A stretch of 64,000 nt of DNA from Squalus acanthias. Lineage: Eukaryota. Both the position numbers and the translations under genes were made by a program. The notes under the pieces are model-generated. The model ran no database searches and was not told the DNA's origin. It saw nothing but the letters and a program-made list of their open reading frames with translations. The stretch lies in NCBI GenBank assembly GCA_030390025.1, contig CM059431.1:131690001-131754000 (forward strand), given 5' to 3'. Each line of letters begins with the position of its first letter. Position 1 is the first letter of the stretch. Below are positions 12,201 through 23,835 of this stretch, piece after piece.

Positions 12201-12502
12201 TCGTAGTGGTTTGTTACAACTGAGTGGGTGATAGGCCATTTCTGAGGGCAGTTAAGAGTCAACCACTAGACCAGACCAGGTAAGGACAGCAGATTTCCTT
12301 CCCTAAAGGGCATTAGTGAAGCAGATGGGTTGTTACATGGTCACCATTACTGATACTAGTGTTTTATTCCAGATTTATTTAATTAACGGAATTTAAATTC
12401 ACCCTCTGGTTGCCATGGCTGGATTTGAACTCACATCTGCAGATCATTAGTTCAGGCCTCTGGATTATTAGTCCAGTAACATAACCACTATGCTACCGTA
12501 CC
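9292..12502 (-). mobile_element. Full-length decayed 'LINE-A': tRNA-derived head plus single APE-RT ORF (CR1 group, Zenon-like C-terminus)
   Basis: APE motifs (KQQPDIVILT, DFNVHHQEWLG, EPARGKNLLELVLTN), RT motifs (QFGFRQ, ALDIKVAFDRV, PQGSVLGP, FADD), 3' end GCGACGCCCACATCCCATGA-A-rich; TSD CCTGATT at 9285-9291 and 12503-12509. Confidence 0.9.
12418..12502 (-). promoter_or_regulatory. tRNA-derived Pol III internal promoter at the 5' end of LINE-A
   Basis: TAGCATAGTGG (A box), CTGGA-CTAATAA-TCCAG anticodon-like arm, GAGTTCAAATCC (B box). Confidence 0.75.
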
Positions 12503-13174
12503 CCTGATTATTACCCAGTGACTCCCTGCTGGAAGTACATGTGTGTGGATGTTGGGTGAGGATAGGGTGAGTTATTAAAAGAAATATGTGAGGAAATTGA
12601 GGATGCATTAGTCATAATTTTCGAAAGTACTCTTGATTCAGGAGGGACATCGACAGATGATGTGAGGGGAGAAAACAATGGTGAATGGAATTCAGTGTGT
12701 GAGGTCATCCACTTTGGATCTGAGAAAGATAAATTGAAATATTTCCTTAAAGGTGAGAGACTAGGAGCTGTGGAGGAGCAAAGGGTTGTAGGTGTCCATA
12801 TGCACAAATTGCTAAGAGCTAGTGCACAGGTACAAAAAGTAATCAAAAAGGTTAGTGGAATTTTGGCCTTTATCTCGAGCAGGTTGTAATTGAAAAGTGA
12901 TCCTTCAGTTGTACAGAACCATGGTCAGACCCCATCTGGAAAACTGCGTTCAGTTTTGGGAACTGAAGCTCAGGAAAGATATATTGACCTTGGAAGGGGT
13001 ACAGTGATGATTCACCAGAATTTTACCAGGGCTTGAAGGGTTAAATTATGAGAACAGGTTGCATGAGCTTGGCTTGTATTCGCTTGAATTTAGAAGGTTG
13101 AGGGGTGATCTAATCGAGGTGTTTAAAATGATAAAGGGAATCAATAAGGTTGATACAGAGAAACTATTTCCTTT

Positions 13175-13770
13175 ACAAAAGCAAAATGCTGCAGATGCTG
13201 GAAATCTGAAACAAAAACAGAAAATGCTGGAAATACTCAGCAGGTCAGGCAGCATCTGTGGAGAGAGAAACAGAGTTAACGTTTCAGGTCGATGACCCTT
13301 CGTCAGAACTGGAAAAAGCTGGAGATGGAACAGGTTTTTAAGCAAGTGTAGGGGCAGGGAAAGGTGGGAGGGGAGGAAAGAACAAAAGGGAAGGTCTGTG
13401 ATAGGATGGAAGGCAGGAGAGATTAAGAGACAAAAGGGATGATGGTGCAAGGCAAAAGGAGATGGTAATGGGACAAGTTAAGAAACAAAAGATGGCTCTA
13501 GATGAAGTGTGAATGGCGATGGCAGAATGAAAGACAGCTGCCATGTGAGAGAGAGGGGAAAAAAATGGGAAAAAAAGATAAGGACCGAGGTTATGGTCTG
13601 AAATTGTTGAACTCGATGTTGAGTCCAGAAGGCTGTGAAGTGCCTTATCGAAAGATGAGGTGCTGTTCCTCGAGCTTACGTTGAGCTTCATTGGAACAGT
13701 GTAAGAGGCCGAGGACAGTGAGGTTTGAATGGGAGTGGAGCGGAGAATTAAAGTGACAGGCGACCGGAAG
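13175..13770 (-). mobile_element. Penelope-like element 3' fragment (GIY-YIG C-terminus and terminal repeat)
   Basis: HFNSPLHSHSNLTVLGLLHC..QRKLEEQHLIFR; hammerhead motif in the terminal region; sister copy at 18319-18755. Confidence 0.85.
13274..13310 (-). ncRNA. Minimal type I hammerhead ribozyme motif (Penelope-associated)
   Basis: AGTT-CTGACGA-A-GGGTC-ATC-GACCT-GAAA-C-GTT-AACT. Confidence 0.75.
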
Positions 13771-14001
13771 CAGAACAAGAGGGCATAATTTTAAAATTAG
13801 AGCTAGCCATCTAGCAGTGAAATCAGAGAGCACTTTTTCACACAAATGGTAGTGGAAATCTGGAATTCGTTCCCCCAAAAGGCTATGGATGCCGTGTCAA
13901 TTGAAATTTTTAAGACTGAGTTCGATAGATTTTAGTTAGATAAGGGTATCTAGGGATATGGAGCAAAGGCTGGTAAGTGGAGCTCAGGTACAGATCAACC
14001 C

Positions 14002-14390
14002 GGGCGACACGGTGGCATAGTGGTTAGCACTGGTGCCTCACAGCGCCAGAGACCCGGGTTCGAATCTGACCTCGGGTGACTGTCTGTGTGGAGTTTGCAC
14101 ATTCTCCCTGTGTCTGCGTGGGTTTCCTCCGGGTGCTCCGGTTTCCTCCCACAGTCCAAAAATGTGTGGGTTAGGTTGATTTGGCTATGATAAATTGACC
14201 CTTAGTGTTAGGGGGGATTAAATATGTGGGGTTACGGGGGTAGGGTGGGATATGTGTACTGTGGGGATTAAAGCAGGGACAGGGTACTAGATTTGGATGA
14301 TCAGCCATGATCGTATTGAATGGCGGAGCAGGCTCGACGGGCCGAACGGCCTACTCCTGCTCCTAGATTCTATGTTTCTATGTTTCTATG
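14002..14390 (+). mobile_element. HE1-type V-SINE
   Basis: tRNA head GGTGGCATAGTGGTTAGCAC..GGGTTCGAATC; V-domain TGTGTGGAGTTTGCACATTCTCCC..GGTTTCCTCCCACAGTCC; CR1-derived tail. Confidence 0.92.
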
Positions 14391-15691
14391 TAACCATGAT
14401 TCTAATTAAATGGCGGACCAGGCTCAAGGGCTGAATGGCCTACTCCTGTTCCTATGTTCCTAGGACAGGATCAGCTGTGCTACCCCTTGTGGTTTAACAG
14501 TTTGCCAACATTCACTGTCAAGGCATGAATAACGTTCATGAGTGAGGAACCAGAGAGCGACTAGTGCTTGTGAAATTGGTAAGAAAAGAGAGGAAAAAAA
14601 TGGAAAAGCAGTACTGTTCCATGTTATGGCAGACATTGTATAGAAACTTTGTTCAGAATTAGTAGTCTAATTTTGTTAATTATCTTCTGTAATTCATAAC
14701 AAAAGTGAACTAATGCTATAAACTAACTTCAATATGAATAAAACACTTTATGAAGTAAGAATACTTGAAACTAGGACATGTTCTGTAGTAAAAGGTCTTG
14801 CTTTGTGATCTTTGATCCACTGTTAATTTTATCAAGAATAAAAGGAAAGTACAATTCATCTATAATATATTAAAAATCTGATGTCTGTGTGCCCATCCTG
14901 TCAACCTTTTTTATAACAAATTCTTACAACAACATTTATAATGGTAACTGTCTATGTAACTTTGTCACATTGTAATTGCAGCCTCCCACCACTGGGGGTG
15001 CTGTAGTGCCTTAGTTTGTATCTATCCTGTCCTCAGCCTGAACTGCAGAGAAATTCCTACACTTCAACCAACTCTACTTTTCTGCTTCCCAGATTGCTGT
15101 ACATTTTGCTATTTAAGTAAATAATTATATTAGCTCAAAGTATGACATAAAAATAAGGACAGAATGCATGACTTTAAAATAGGACTAAATTACATCTGCA
15201 AACCCTGATCTAATTACCCACTGCCCTCTAACCCTGGTTCACCTGAAGACTACACTCAGCCTTGATTACCCATTTGCAATGCCATGGGAGATCAATAGCA
15301 ATATATTACATTCATTATGTATTTGGCACACTCCTTATTTGGGTATCACTATTCTGTCATACCTCTAGGTCGATAGGAGTTTAGCATTACTATGTTACTA
15401 GTCATACTGTCACATCTACAGGTACACGTTCTACCTGTAAATGAACCTTTATAAGCTCCAGATGCTGCAGATCCCCATACCTATAACATCACTATTCAGA
15501 CTACTTCACAACTCCAACATTCCTAATCTTCCTCCTGGAAAACAGTACATTTGGAACAACTGTTCACCATTTTGTTTTTAACACAGTTCAGTTTCCCAGT
15601 TTCTATGTTGAAGTAAATGATTCATGATACTTTTCTGAGTGGTTTTCACTCTTAAGTGATCAATTGTCCAGGCTGTTCCCACCACATTCCT

Positions 15692-17480
15692 TCAGGAATA
15701 AAAGTTCTCAATTGGGGAAAAGCCAATTTTGCTAAACTGAGATGGGATTTAGTCAAAGTGGACTGCAAGCAGCTACTTGAAGGTAAATCGGTGTCAGAGC
15801 AGTGGGAGGCATTCAAGGAGGAGATCCTGAGGGTTCAGAGCAAGTATGTTCCCATAAAGAAAAAAGATAAAGAAAAAAAGGGAAGTTTAAGTCAGATACT
15901 GAGAGCTCAATACTGCAGAAAGCCTAGAGGAGTATAGAAAGTGCAGGGGTGCAATTAAAAAGGAAATTAGGAAAGCAAAGAGAGGGCATGAAAAAATATT
16001 GGCAAGTAACATCAAGGAAAACCCAAAGATGTTTTATAAATACATTTAGAGCAAGAGGATAACCAAAGAAAGAGTAGGGCCTATCAGAGACCAAAAAGGT
16101 AACCAGTGCATTGAGGCAGAAGACATGGGTATGGTTCTTAATGAATACTTTGCGCCTGTTTTCACAAAAGAGAGGGGTGATACAGGCATTGCAATCAGTG
16201 AGGAGGACTGTGAAATATTAGATGAAATAAACATAGTGAGAGAGGAAGTATTAAGGGGCTTAGCAGCTTTGAAAGTGGATAAATCCCCAGGCCCGGATGA
16301 AATGTATCTCAGCCTGTTAAGAGAAGCAAAAGAGGAAATAGCAGAGGCCCTGACCATCATTTTTCAATCCTCTCTGGCTACAGGTGTGGTGCCGGAGAAC
16401 TGCTAACATTGCATCGTTGTTTAAAAAGGGAGAAAGGGATAGACTGAATAATTACAGGCCAGTCAGCCTAACCTCAGTGGTGGAAAAATTATTGGAAAAA
16501 ATTCTGAGGGACAGGATAAATCTTCATTTAGAAAGACACGGATTAATCAAGGACAGTCTGCACAGATTTGTTAAGGGAAGGTTGTGCCTGACTAACTTAA
16601 TTGAATTTTTTGAGGAGGTAACAAGGAGGGTCGATGAGTGTAGTGCGTTTGATGTAGTGTATATGGATTTTAGCAAGGCTTTTGATAAGGTCCCACATGG
16701 CAGACTGGTCACAAAAGTAAAAGCCCATGGGATCCAGGGCAAAGTGGCAGGTTGGATCCAAAATTAGCTCAGAGGCAGGAAGCAAAGGGTAATGGTTTAT
16801 GGGTGTTTTTGTGACTGGAAGGCTGTTTCCAGTGGGGTTCCGCAGGGCTCAGTACTGGGTCCCTTGCTTTTTGTGGTATATATCAATGATTTAGACTTGA
16901 ATGTGGGGAGTATGATAAAGAAGTTTGCAGATGATACTAAAATTGGCTGTGTGGTTGATAATGAAGAAGAAAGCTGTAGAGGGGGTACAGAGGAGATTTA
17001 CAAGGATGTTGCCTAGACTGGGTAATTTTAGCTATGAGGAACGATTGGATAGGCTGGGTTTGTTTTCTTTGGAATAGAAGAGGCTGAGGGGAGACCTTAT
17101 TGAGGTGTATAAAATTATGATGGGGTCGAGATAGAGTGGACAGGAAGGACCTATTTCCCTTAGCAGAGGGGTCAACAACCAGGGGGCATAGATTTAAAGT
17201 AATTGGTAGGAGGTTTTAGAGGAGATTTGAGGAGAAATTTTTTCACCCAGAGGGTGGTGGGGGTCTGGAACTCACTGCCTGAAAGGGTGGTAGAGGCAGA
17301 AACCCTCACCACATTTAAAAAGTGCTTCGATGTACACTTGAAGTGCCGTAACCTACAGGGCTACGGACCAAGAGCTGAAAAGTGGGATTAGGCTGGATAG
17401 CTCGTTGTCGGCCGGCGCGGACACGATGGGCCGAAATGGCCTCCTTCCGTGCTGCAAATTTCTATGATTCTATGATTCTA
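15692..17480 (+). mobile_element. 5'-truncated, frameshifted CR1 LINE ORF2
   Basis: KSPGPD, NYRPVSLTSVV, YMDFSKAFDKVPH, GVPQGSVLGPLLF, KFADDTK; (ATTCTATG)n tail. Confidence 0.95.
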
Positions 17481-17548
17481 CCCCGCATGACCCAGTTTCT
17501 TTCCTCCATAGCCCAATGCTGAGTGCCAGCTTAAATGAAAAGAGTGTA

Positions 17549-17612
17549 AGAAAGACTTGCATTTATATAGCGCCTTTCACGACCACCGGAAAGTCTCAAA
17601 GCGCTTTACACT
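17549..17612 (-). mobile_element. DeuSINE 3' tail fragment
   Basis: ACTTGCATTTATATAGCGCCTTTCACGACCACCGG, same as at 1511-1545. Confidence 0.8.
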
Positions 17613-18318
17613 CAACGAAAGCTCCTACCATATCATAACAAATCCTGCCCATTTGGAAGTTGGTTTGTCTCATGAAAGAGTATCTTCATTCGAGCCAACA
17701 AGGCTCTTCCCCAGAACACAAAGCACTAGCTGCTTTGCTTTTGATACCATTTCCTGTGATGGTTGATTCTATAAACTAATAATAAACAATTCAGCATCAA
17801 TTAGTTCAACGTGTTTCTGGTGAAATGTAGCTCAGTGAGGGCAAAGTATGAGTTGTTTTTACTAATTTATCACTGGATTTGCCAGAGGAAGATGATTTGA
17901 GACAAAAACATCAGAGGGGAAAGAGACACAAGGTTAAAAAAAAAGAAAGAGCACAGAATTTGAAAAAAAATCAGTGAGGGGAAGAAATGGATAAAGGTTG
18001 AGAAAAGCAAAAAGAGAGAAAATTGACCAATACAGAAAAGAACAGCAGTTTTGGAGCAGTAAATTTTAAAGATGACTGAAATAAGTTGCTAGCTGTGAGA
18101 GACAGTCTGAAGAGTTGTGAGGAAGTGTTTATAAAAATTTGATTTCAGATGTGAATTGAGATTATTTTACCGTGGAACCTTCATTATCCAGTATAATGGA
18201 ATGGACCCCCACCCTGGGTGGATAATGAAGAGTCTCCAAACTTTGGTTTAGCTGCAGAAATACCCTAGGCAAGTTAATGAAGGCATTAATAATATTAATA
18301 TCATAAACTGAACCTCTG

Positions 18319-18755
18319 CTCCACTCCCACTCTGACCTCTCCATCCTTGGCCTCTTACACTGTTCCAATGAAGCTCAACGTAAGCTTAAGGAACAGCACC
18401 TCATCTTTCGATTAGGTACTTTACAGCCTCCTGGACTGAACATTGAGTCCAGCAATTTCAGACCATAACCTCTGCCCCTATTTTTTTTCACATGGCAGCT
18501 GTTGATGATTCTGCCATTGCCATTTACACCTCATCTTTTGTTTCTTAACTTGTTCCATTACCATCTCCTTTTGCTTTGCACCATCATCCCTTTCATCATT
18601 TAATCTCTCCTGCCTTCCACCCAATCACAGACCTTCCCTTTTGTTCTTTCTTCTTCTCCCCCCTTTCCCTGCCCCTGCACTTGCTTAAAAATCTGTTACC
18701 TCTCTAACTTTTTGCAGTTCTGATGAAAGGTCATCGACCTGAAACGTTAACTCTG
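18319..18755 (+). mobile_element. Penelope-like element 3' fragment
   Basis: Reverse-orientation homologue of 13270-13740 (LSILGLLHCSNEAQRKLKEQHLIFRLG). Confidence 0.85.
18716..18752 (+). ncRNA. Minimal hammerhead ribozyme motif
   Basis: AGTT-CTGATGA-A-AGGTC-ATC-GACCT-GAAA-C-GTT-AACT. Confidence 0.78.
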
Positions 18756-18995
18756 CTACCACCACCAACTGCAAGTTCCCCTCCAAGACACACATCATCC
18801 TGACTTGGAAATATATCACCCTTCCTTCATCGTCGCTGGGTTAAAAACCTGGAACTCCCTCCCTAACAGCACTGTGGGAGTACCTTCACCACGCGGACTG
18901 CAGTGGTTCAAGAAGAAGACCCAACACGACCTTCTCAAGGGCAATTAGGGATGGGCAATAAATGCCGGCCTTTCCAGTGAATTAATTAAAAAAAT
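18756..18995 (+). mobile_element. LINE-A 3' end fragment
   Basis: Matches the reverse complement of 9300-9530. Confidence 0.85.
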
Positions 18996-19588
18996 ATAAA
19001 GTACTCATTCCAACACATCCCAATATAGAAGAACATTCTGGATAATTCACTCCAGTAGGGCATTTTAAAATATACTCCAGGAAAAAGATTATTTGATTAA
19101 AAGTCCTTTTTTAATATCTAATCTTTATTTGTTCTTAAATTTTGTTTATATCTAACCAATTTCGGATTTTTTTTCACCCACCACTCCAGTAAAATGAAAA
19201 ACAAAATATGTTATCAAGTAAATTAAGAGTCCGATCCTTATTCCTGTTCCTGCTGCAAAATTACAGGTCTACACAAGTAATTATTCAAGGTCAATTGCTA
19301 CAAACCACTGCCTGAAGAAAAAATAATTGTATTTCGTATGGCATAATGAAATATATTGGTAGTTATGGAGGGAAAAAATGGAATGAAAAAATTCTATTTA
19401 CATTTTTTTGCACTCTCCTCCTTTAAATCTTTCTTTCTATTTACCAGCTGCAGTGCAAAAGATTGAGCAAACTCTGGTGTAGCGTAAAAACTGGTGTAAG
19501 TCACTTATGCGCGAATTTCTTCAATTTTGCACTAAAGATCGGCAATAAATCGGTGTTTTGGCGCAAGTATCAAAGAAATTCCGAGCCA

Positions 19589-20000
19589 TCATTCTGTGGT
19601 CGCTGTCCCTAATGGTACTATGGCTTCCATTTCCTGTACATTTTCTGGGCCATTTGTGAATAATAGATCAATATTAGAGTTGCCTCTCATGGCTTCCGCG
19701 ACGCAGTGTCGAAAAATAGCCATCACAGTTGCCAACTCTGACTCTAAACGACTTGGATTTTCCCAGTTTATGTGTGGTTGATTGAGGTCTCCCATTAAAA
19801 TAGCATTCTTTTCCTGGCTTTTTATCTCTTCATAGAGCAAAATGTCCTCCTTATGTTGATTTGGTGGTCTATAGCACCCAGTGTTAGCTTTGATTTTTTA
19901 GGATTGCAGATGTCTGTTCAGAGTAGTTCATTTTGTAGCTCCCACAGGATCAAATTCTTTTACCTCCCAGCTGTCCCTCATATATAGGGCGACGCCACCA
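19589..20000 (-). mobile_element. Old LINE APE endonuclease remnant (CR1-like)
   Basis: GGVALY, YRPPN, ILMGDLNQPHINW, IDLLFTN motifs. Confidence 0.75.
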
Positions 20001-22912
20001 TTGGCAAATATTTAAAAAAAAATTAAGAATCAAATTAATCTAATGAAAATAAAATAGATTTTGAACTATTTTAGCTAGAAAATTCAATTATTGTACTTTT
20101 GTTGCTCTGTAAGATATAAGACGCTCTGTAATAGTAGGAATGCTGAAAGAGGAATTCCAGTTCAGTAGTGACAGAAAATTAAGCTACATATGTTAATATA
20201 GTCTGAGATTACTGTAATTTGAGAAGCATTTATACTTTAGTGTGTTTTTATTCTCTGAATTGTGGCAATAACATTCATCATTAGAAACCTTACCCAAGAA
20301 GAGGTTTTCCAAAATAAAATTTATAACCTGAAAGCTGGGAAGAACAATTCAGCACTTGAAGGATTAAAGGATAATGCTGACATTTACTGGAATCACCCCC
20401 GTCACCTCTTTAGGTCATGAGCAAAAGATTCCATTGTAAGAAAGTGCATCTCATGAGGGAATCAAACTCGTGTTATTGTACATCTTGGTGGTATCCACTG
20501 GTGTTCCAATCTTGTGTTTTAGCAAACAAAGTGATTTTCTTAGGCAAACATTTACTCTTTTTAAGGTGGTTTTTCTCCTTTCTGCTAGTAATGATTTTGA
20601 CCTAAATGAGCTCCTGGGAACTGTCATGAGTTAAGTAGCTGGTAACTAGATAGAACCAGTTCAATACATACACACCAGTCATTTCTGTGGCGGTTCCCCA
20701 ATCATTCACCATAACTTCAGCGGAAGATTACCGGAAACCCTGGAGAAACGGTGCAAAAGGGGTTTCTGCTGAAGTTACGGTGGGAGATTTAGGAATCCTG
20801 GTGGAAATTCTATCCCACAGTGCTTTACATTGTGTGTTTTGTTATGCAATTTTGATGAGAAATAGTTACTACGAGGTGGATGAGCATAGCCTGGGGAGGG
20901 ACTCTCCCAGATTTCCTCTCCCTCTTGGGGAGGCGTATAACCTCTATCCTGAATTTCTTCAAGGCAGCACAACTGAATTCACAACTCAGCAAATTGGAAA
21001 TCGCATTCACAAACCCGGATTCTGGTAGCTCCAATGTGCTGAGCTTCCGTGCGTTCAACAAGCAAAACATTTGTACAGCTGCAGTGTGAACGTGGCATTG
21101 GGAGCAGAGGTTTTAAACTCGGTTGTTCTAGGAACTGAGCCTGTCTAAAACTTGCCAATGAGGTAATGCCACCTCTTTAATCTCCCTGAAGTTCAGCATG
21201 TGGAATTCTGTTTGGTATTACCTTGGCAGTGGAATCAAGTATACAGCTAAAAGATGGAATGCGTTTTGTTCCATTAAAAACATTTCCACTTTTAAACCTC
21301 GCAAGGGTGGCATCTAGCAGTCAAGTGCATCAGTGTTCACTCTGACTGCTGCTGTTTTGTTCAAAACCTTAGCGAAGAGGGCAGGGTAGCCAAACTAAAC
21401 TTGAGGTTGCACTTTCATTGCTTGCAAGCACATAGCAAAAGCATTTATTAACTTCAAAGTCTGTACAAGTGAAACTACAAATAAAGGAAAAGATTTGCTT
21501 GATTCTCTTAAATATCAGAGGTGTGCAATATTAATATTTCTGCTGGAAAGGATATGTCCCACTATTTAATGATGATACTTGATAGATCCAATTTTCTTGA
21601 ACTACAAATACAGCTGAGAATGCCATTTTTGATGTGTTTTAAAAGACATAACATAAGTCTTGTTTGACTTGAAATTTCTGTTACAGTTTATGTGGCTACA
21701 GTTCAGGGGATTTTTTCAGGAGGTGGTCTTAGGTTGTAGTTTGTGATGGAGAGCATCGAGAGTGTAAGGGTGGAGACTGCAGAGGATGCTGAAACCAACT
21801 GCACTGAAGTTTTATGAATGCATTTGGTTTCATTTTAGAGGATTTTCTTTTAGTTTTGAATAAGTTGATTTGAGGTCATTCCCACAGGCCACTGCTGCTA
21901 AAGGAGTGCGTCAGGCAGTCTCTTTCCAAGGCCCATTCCTCCGATAGCAGCTGCCACATTTTGCTTGGCTTCTGATCCACACTACCCAAAGCTGGTACCT
22001 CAATAGAATTCTCTGTGCCACGACTCCTGCGGATTAGCTGAGCGATTTATTTTGAGTCGGTTCACACTGGGTCTTTGGTACTCATTGAGAGCAATGGCAC
22101 CACAAATGAGTGCTTGTATGTACCCATCCTGTAATGGGGTAAGGTGCAGTACCAATCGCTGAATAAATGAGATATGTAATAAAGTAATCCTATCTGATTT
22201 CTTATTGTCTGTGGTTTGGCGATTCAACTTACTAATATTGTTGCGCCTATTGACTAGTAACTACTGACAAAACCAAATCGATGACCAGGTGCTATGTCAT
22301 TAACGGAGCAAGATTGGCTGTAGACTCGACTTGTTTACACCCCTCTGATATGTAACCTGAAGGATACCAGCTGTATTGTGTACTTGAGAGCTATAGGGCT
22401 TCTGGTTTCCAAGACGTCATGCACATTTTTGGTAGCGTCTGTAAATATGCATATGTGATAAGCAAGGCTGTTGATTTACTGAAACCACCAGCAATACCAT
22501 GTGCAAGAGATATTTTGATAACTTTTTAGTTATTTAAAGGATGGATTGCCCGTTCCTAATGTTGGAAAATTCAGAAGTAAAATGGTGGCTTTGAAACACA
22601 AGAACAATTTCAGAACACCCTTTCCCCCAGAAATTTTGATGATTTCTACGAAATACTGCCCTTAGTCACTAGCCTTTTATTATTTTTACATTTTGTACAA
22701 TTTGTAAAGAATATGCCTACAAAAAAAAATTACTAAATGTAAAGTAACACCCTTTCCTCCTTCCTCCCCCAATTGTCCTGTCCTCTTTTGATGGTGGTGA
22801 TGCAAGGTGGGGTACACTTCCACCGGTGACTGGTGCCCTCTGGTACCTCTCACAAACCCAATCTTGAGAAGTCGCACAACACCAGGTTATAGTCCAACAG
22901 CTTTATTTGAAA

Positions 22913-22949
22913 TCACAAGCTTTCGGAGCGCTGCTCCTTCGTCAGGTGA
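22913..22949 (-). ncRNA. Minimal hammerhead ribozyme motif
   Basis: TCAC-CTGACGA-A-GGAGC-AGC-GCTCC-GAAA-G-CTT-GTGA. Confidence 0.78.
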
Positions 22950-23087
22950 AGTGAAGAAATACATATGGGCACAGCATATATAGTCAGAGAACAATGTCAG
23001 ACGACTACAGTTAATCTTTCTAACTGCCCTTTATCACACGCATTGTTCTCTGACTATATATGCTGTGCCCATATGTATTTCTTCACT

Positions 23088-23124
23088 TCACCTGATGAAG
23101 GAGCAGCGCTCCGAAAGCTTGTGA
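23088..23124 (+). ncRNA. Minimal hammerhead ribozyme motif
   Basis: TCAC-CTGATGA-A-GGAGC-AGC-GCTCC-GAAA-G-CTT-GTGA. Confidence 0.8.
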
Positions 23125-23420
23125 TTTCAAATAAAGCTGTTGGACTATAACCTGGTGTTGTGCGACTTCTCACTTTTGTCCACCCCAGTCCAACACCGGC
23201 ATCTGCGCATCAAACCCAATCTTGTTTTCATCCAACATCTGGACAAAGCATTTTGCGATAGGAGTCACTGGATAGTGACAAGAACTGGAAACCGTTCTTG
23301 CTTTCTCTTCTCTCTGCACCCCTCCCCCATAACCTAGGGTACAGAAATCAAACGTCGCGCCACCATTTTTTTGGAAGGCAGACAGATAATTCAAGGTTGT
23401 TTACTTGAAATAGTGCATGT

Positions 23421-23835
23421 TGGCAGTTTTGAGAATTTGAGTTCATTTAAAAAATATCTGGAAATGGAAAGGTGATATCAGTAAAAGTGACCATGAAACT
23501 GTCGGATTGTTGTAAAAACCCAACTGGTTCACGAATGTGTTTTAGGGAAGGAAACCTGCCATCCTTACCCAGTCTGGCCTATTTGTAACTCCAATCCTAC
23601 ACCAATGTGGTTGACTCTTAACTGCCCTCTGAAATGGCCTAGCAAGTGAATAAGTTGTATCAAACTGCCAGAAGTCCTGGAAATTCTTCCCTAACAGCAT
23701 TGTGGGAGCACCTTCACCACACAGACTGCAGCGGTTCAAGAAGAAGGCCCACCACTACCTTCTCGGGGCAACTAGAAATAGGTAATAAATGCTGGCCTTA
23801 CCAGTGAAGCACATATCCTGAGAATGTATATAAAA
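23421..23835 (+). mobile_element. Internally deleted LINE-A derivative (5' region fused to 3' end), SINE-like
   Basis: 23421-23670 matches the LINE-A 5' region 29436-29685; 23672-23835 matches the LINE-A 3' end 18845-18990. Confidence 0.8.

Larger units (their letters stand above)
12568..14460 (+). mobile_element. CR1 LINE fragment (RT to 3' UTR), interrupted by a Penelope fragment and an HE1 SINE
   Basis: CEVIHFG..YFLKGERL, LGLYSLEFRRLRGDLIEVFK; 3' UTR GGCTGAATGGCCTACTCCTGTTCCTATG. Confidence 0.88.
9103..14610 (+). mobile_element. Old tRNA-headed SINE of unassigned family, split into three pieces (~9103-9291, 12503-12567, ~14461-14610)
   Basis: TGGCTCAG A-box and CCCAGGTTTCG B-box-like head; pieces joined by duplications CCTGATT (9285/12503) and AGGAYAGG (~12559/14462); the extent of the third piece is inferred. 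Confidence 0.5.
22867..23210. mobile_element. Palindromic Penelope terminal-repeat insertion with a hammerhead on each strand
   Basis: 131-bp inverted arms 22866-22996 and 23041-23171 (1 mismatch); TSD CAAACCCAATCTTG at 22853-22866 and 23211-23224; homologous to the PLE end at 55371-55460. Confidence 0.88.

Noticed and set aside
12418..12502. Genuine tRNA genes (also at 14002, 29355, 56847, 63470)
   Set aside because: No complete cloverleaf or downstream terminator; each continues into a SINE or LINE body.
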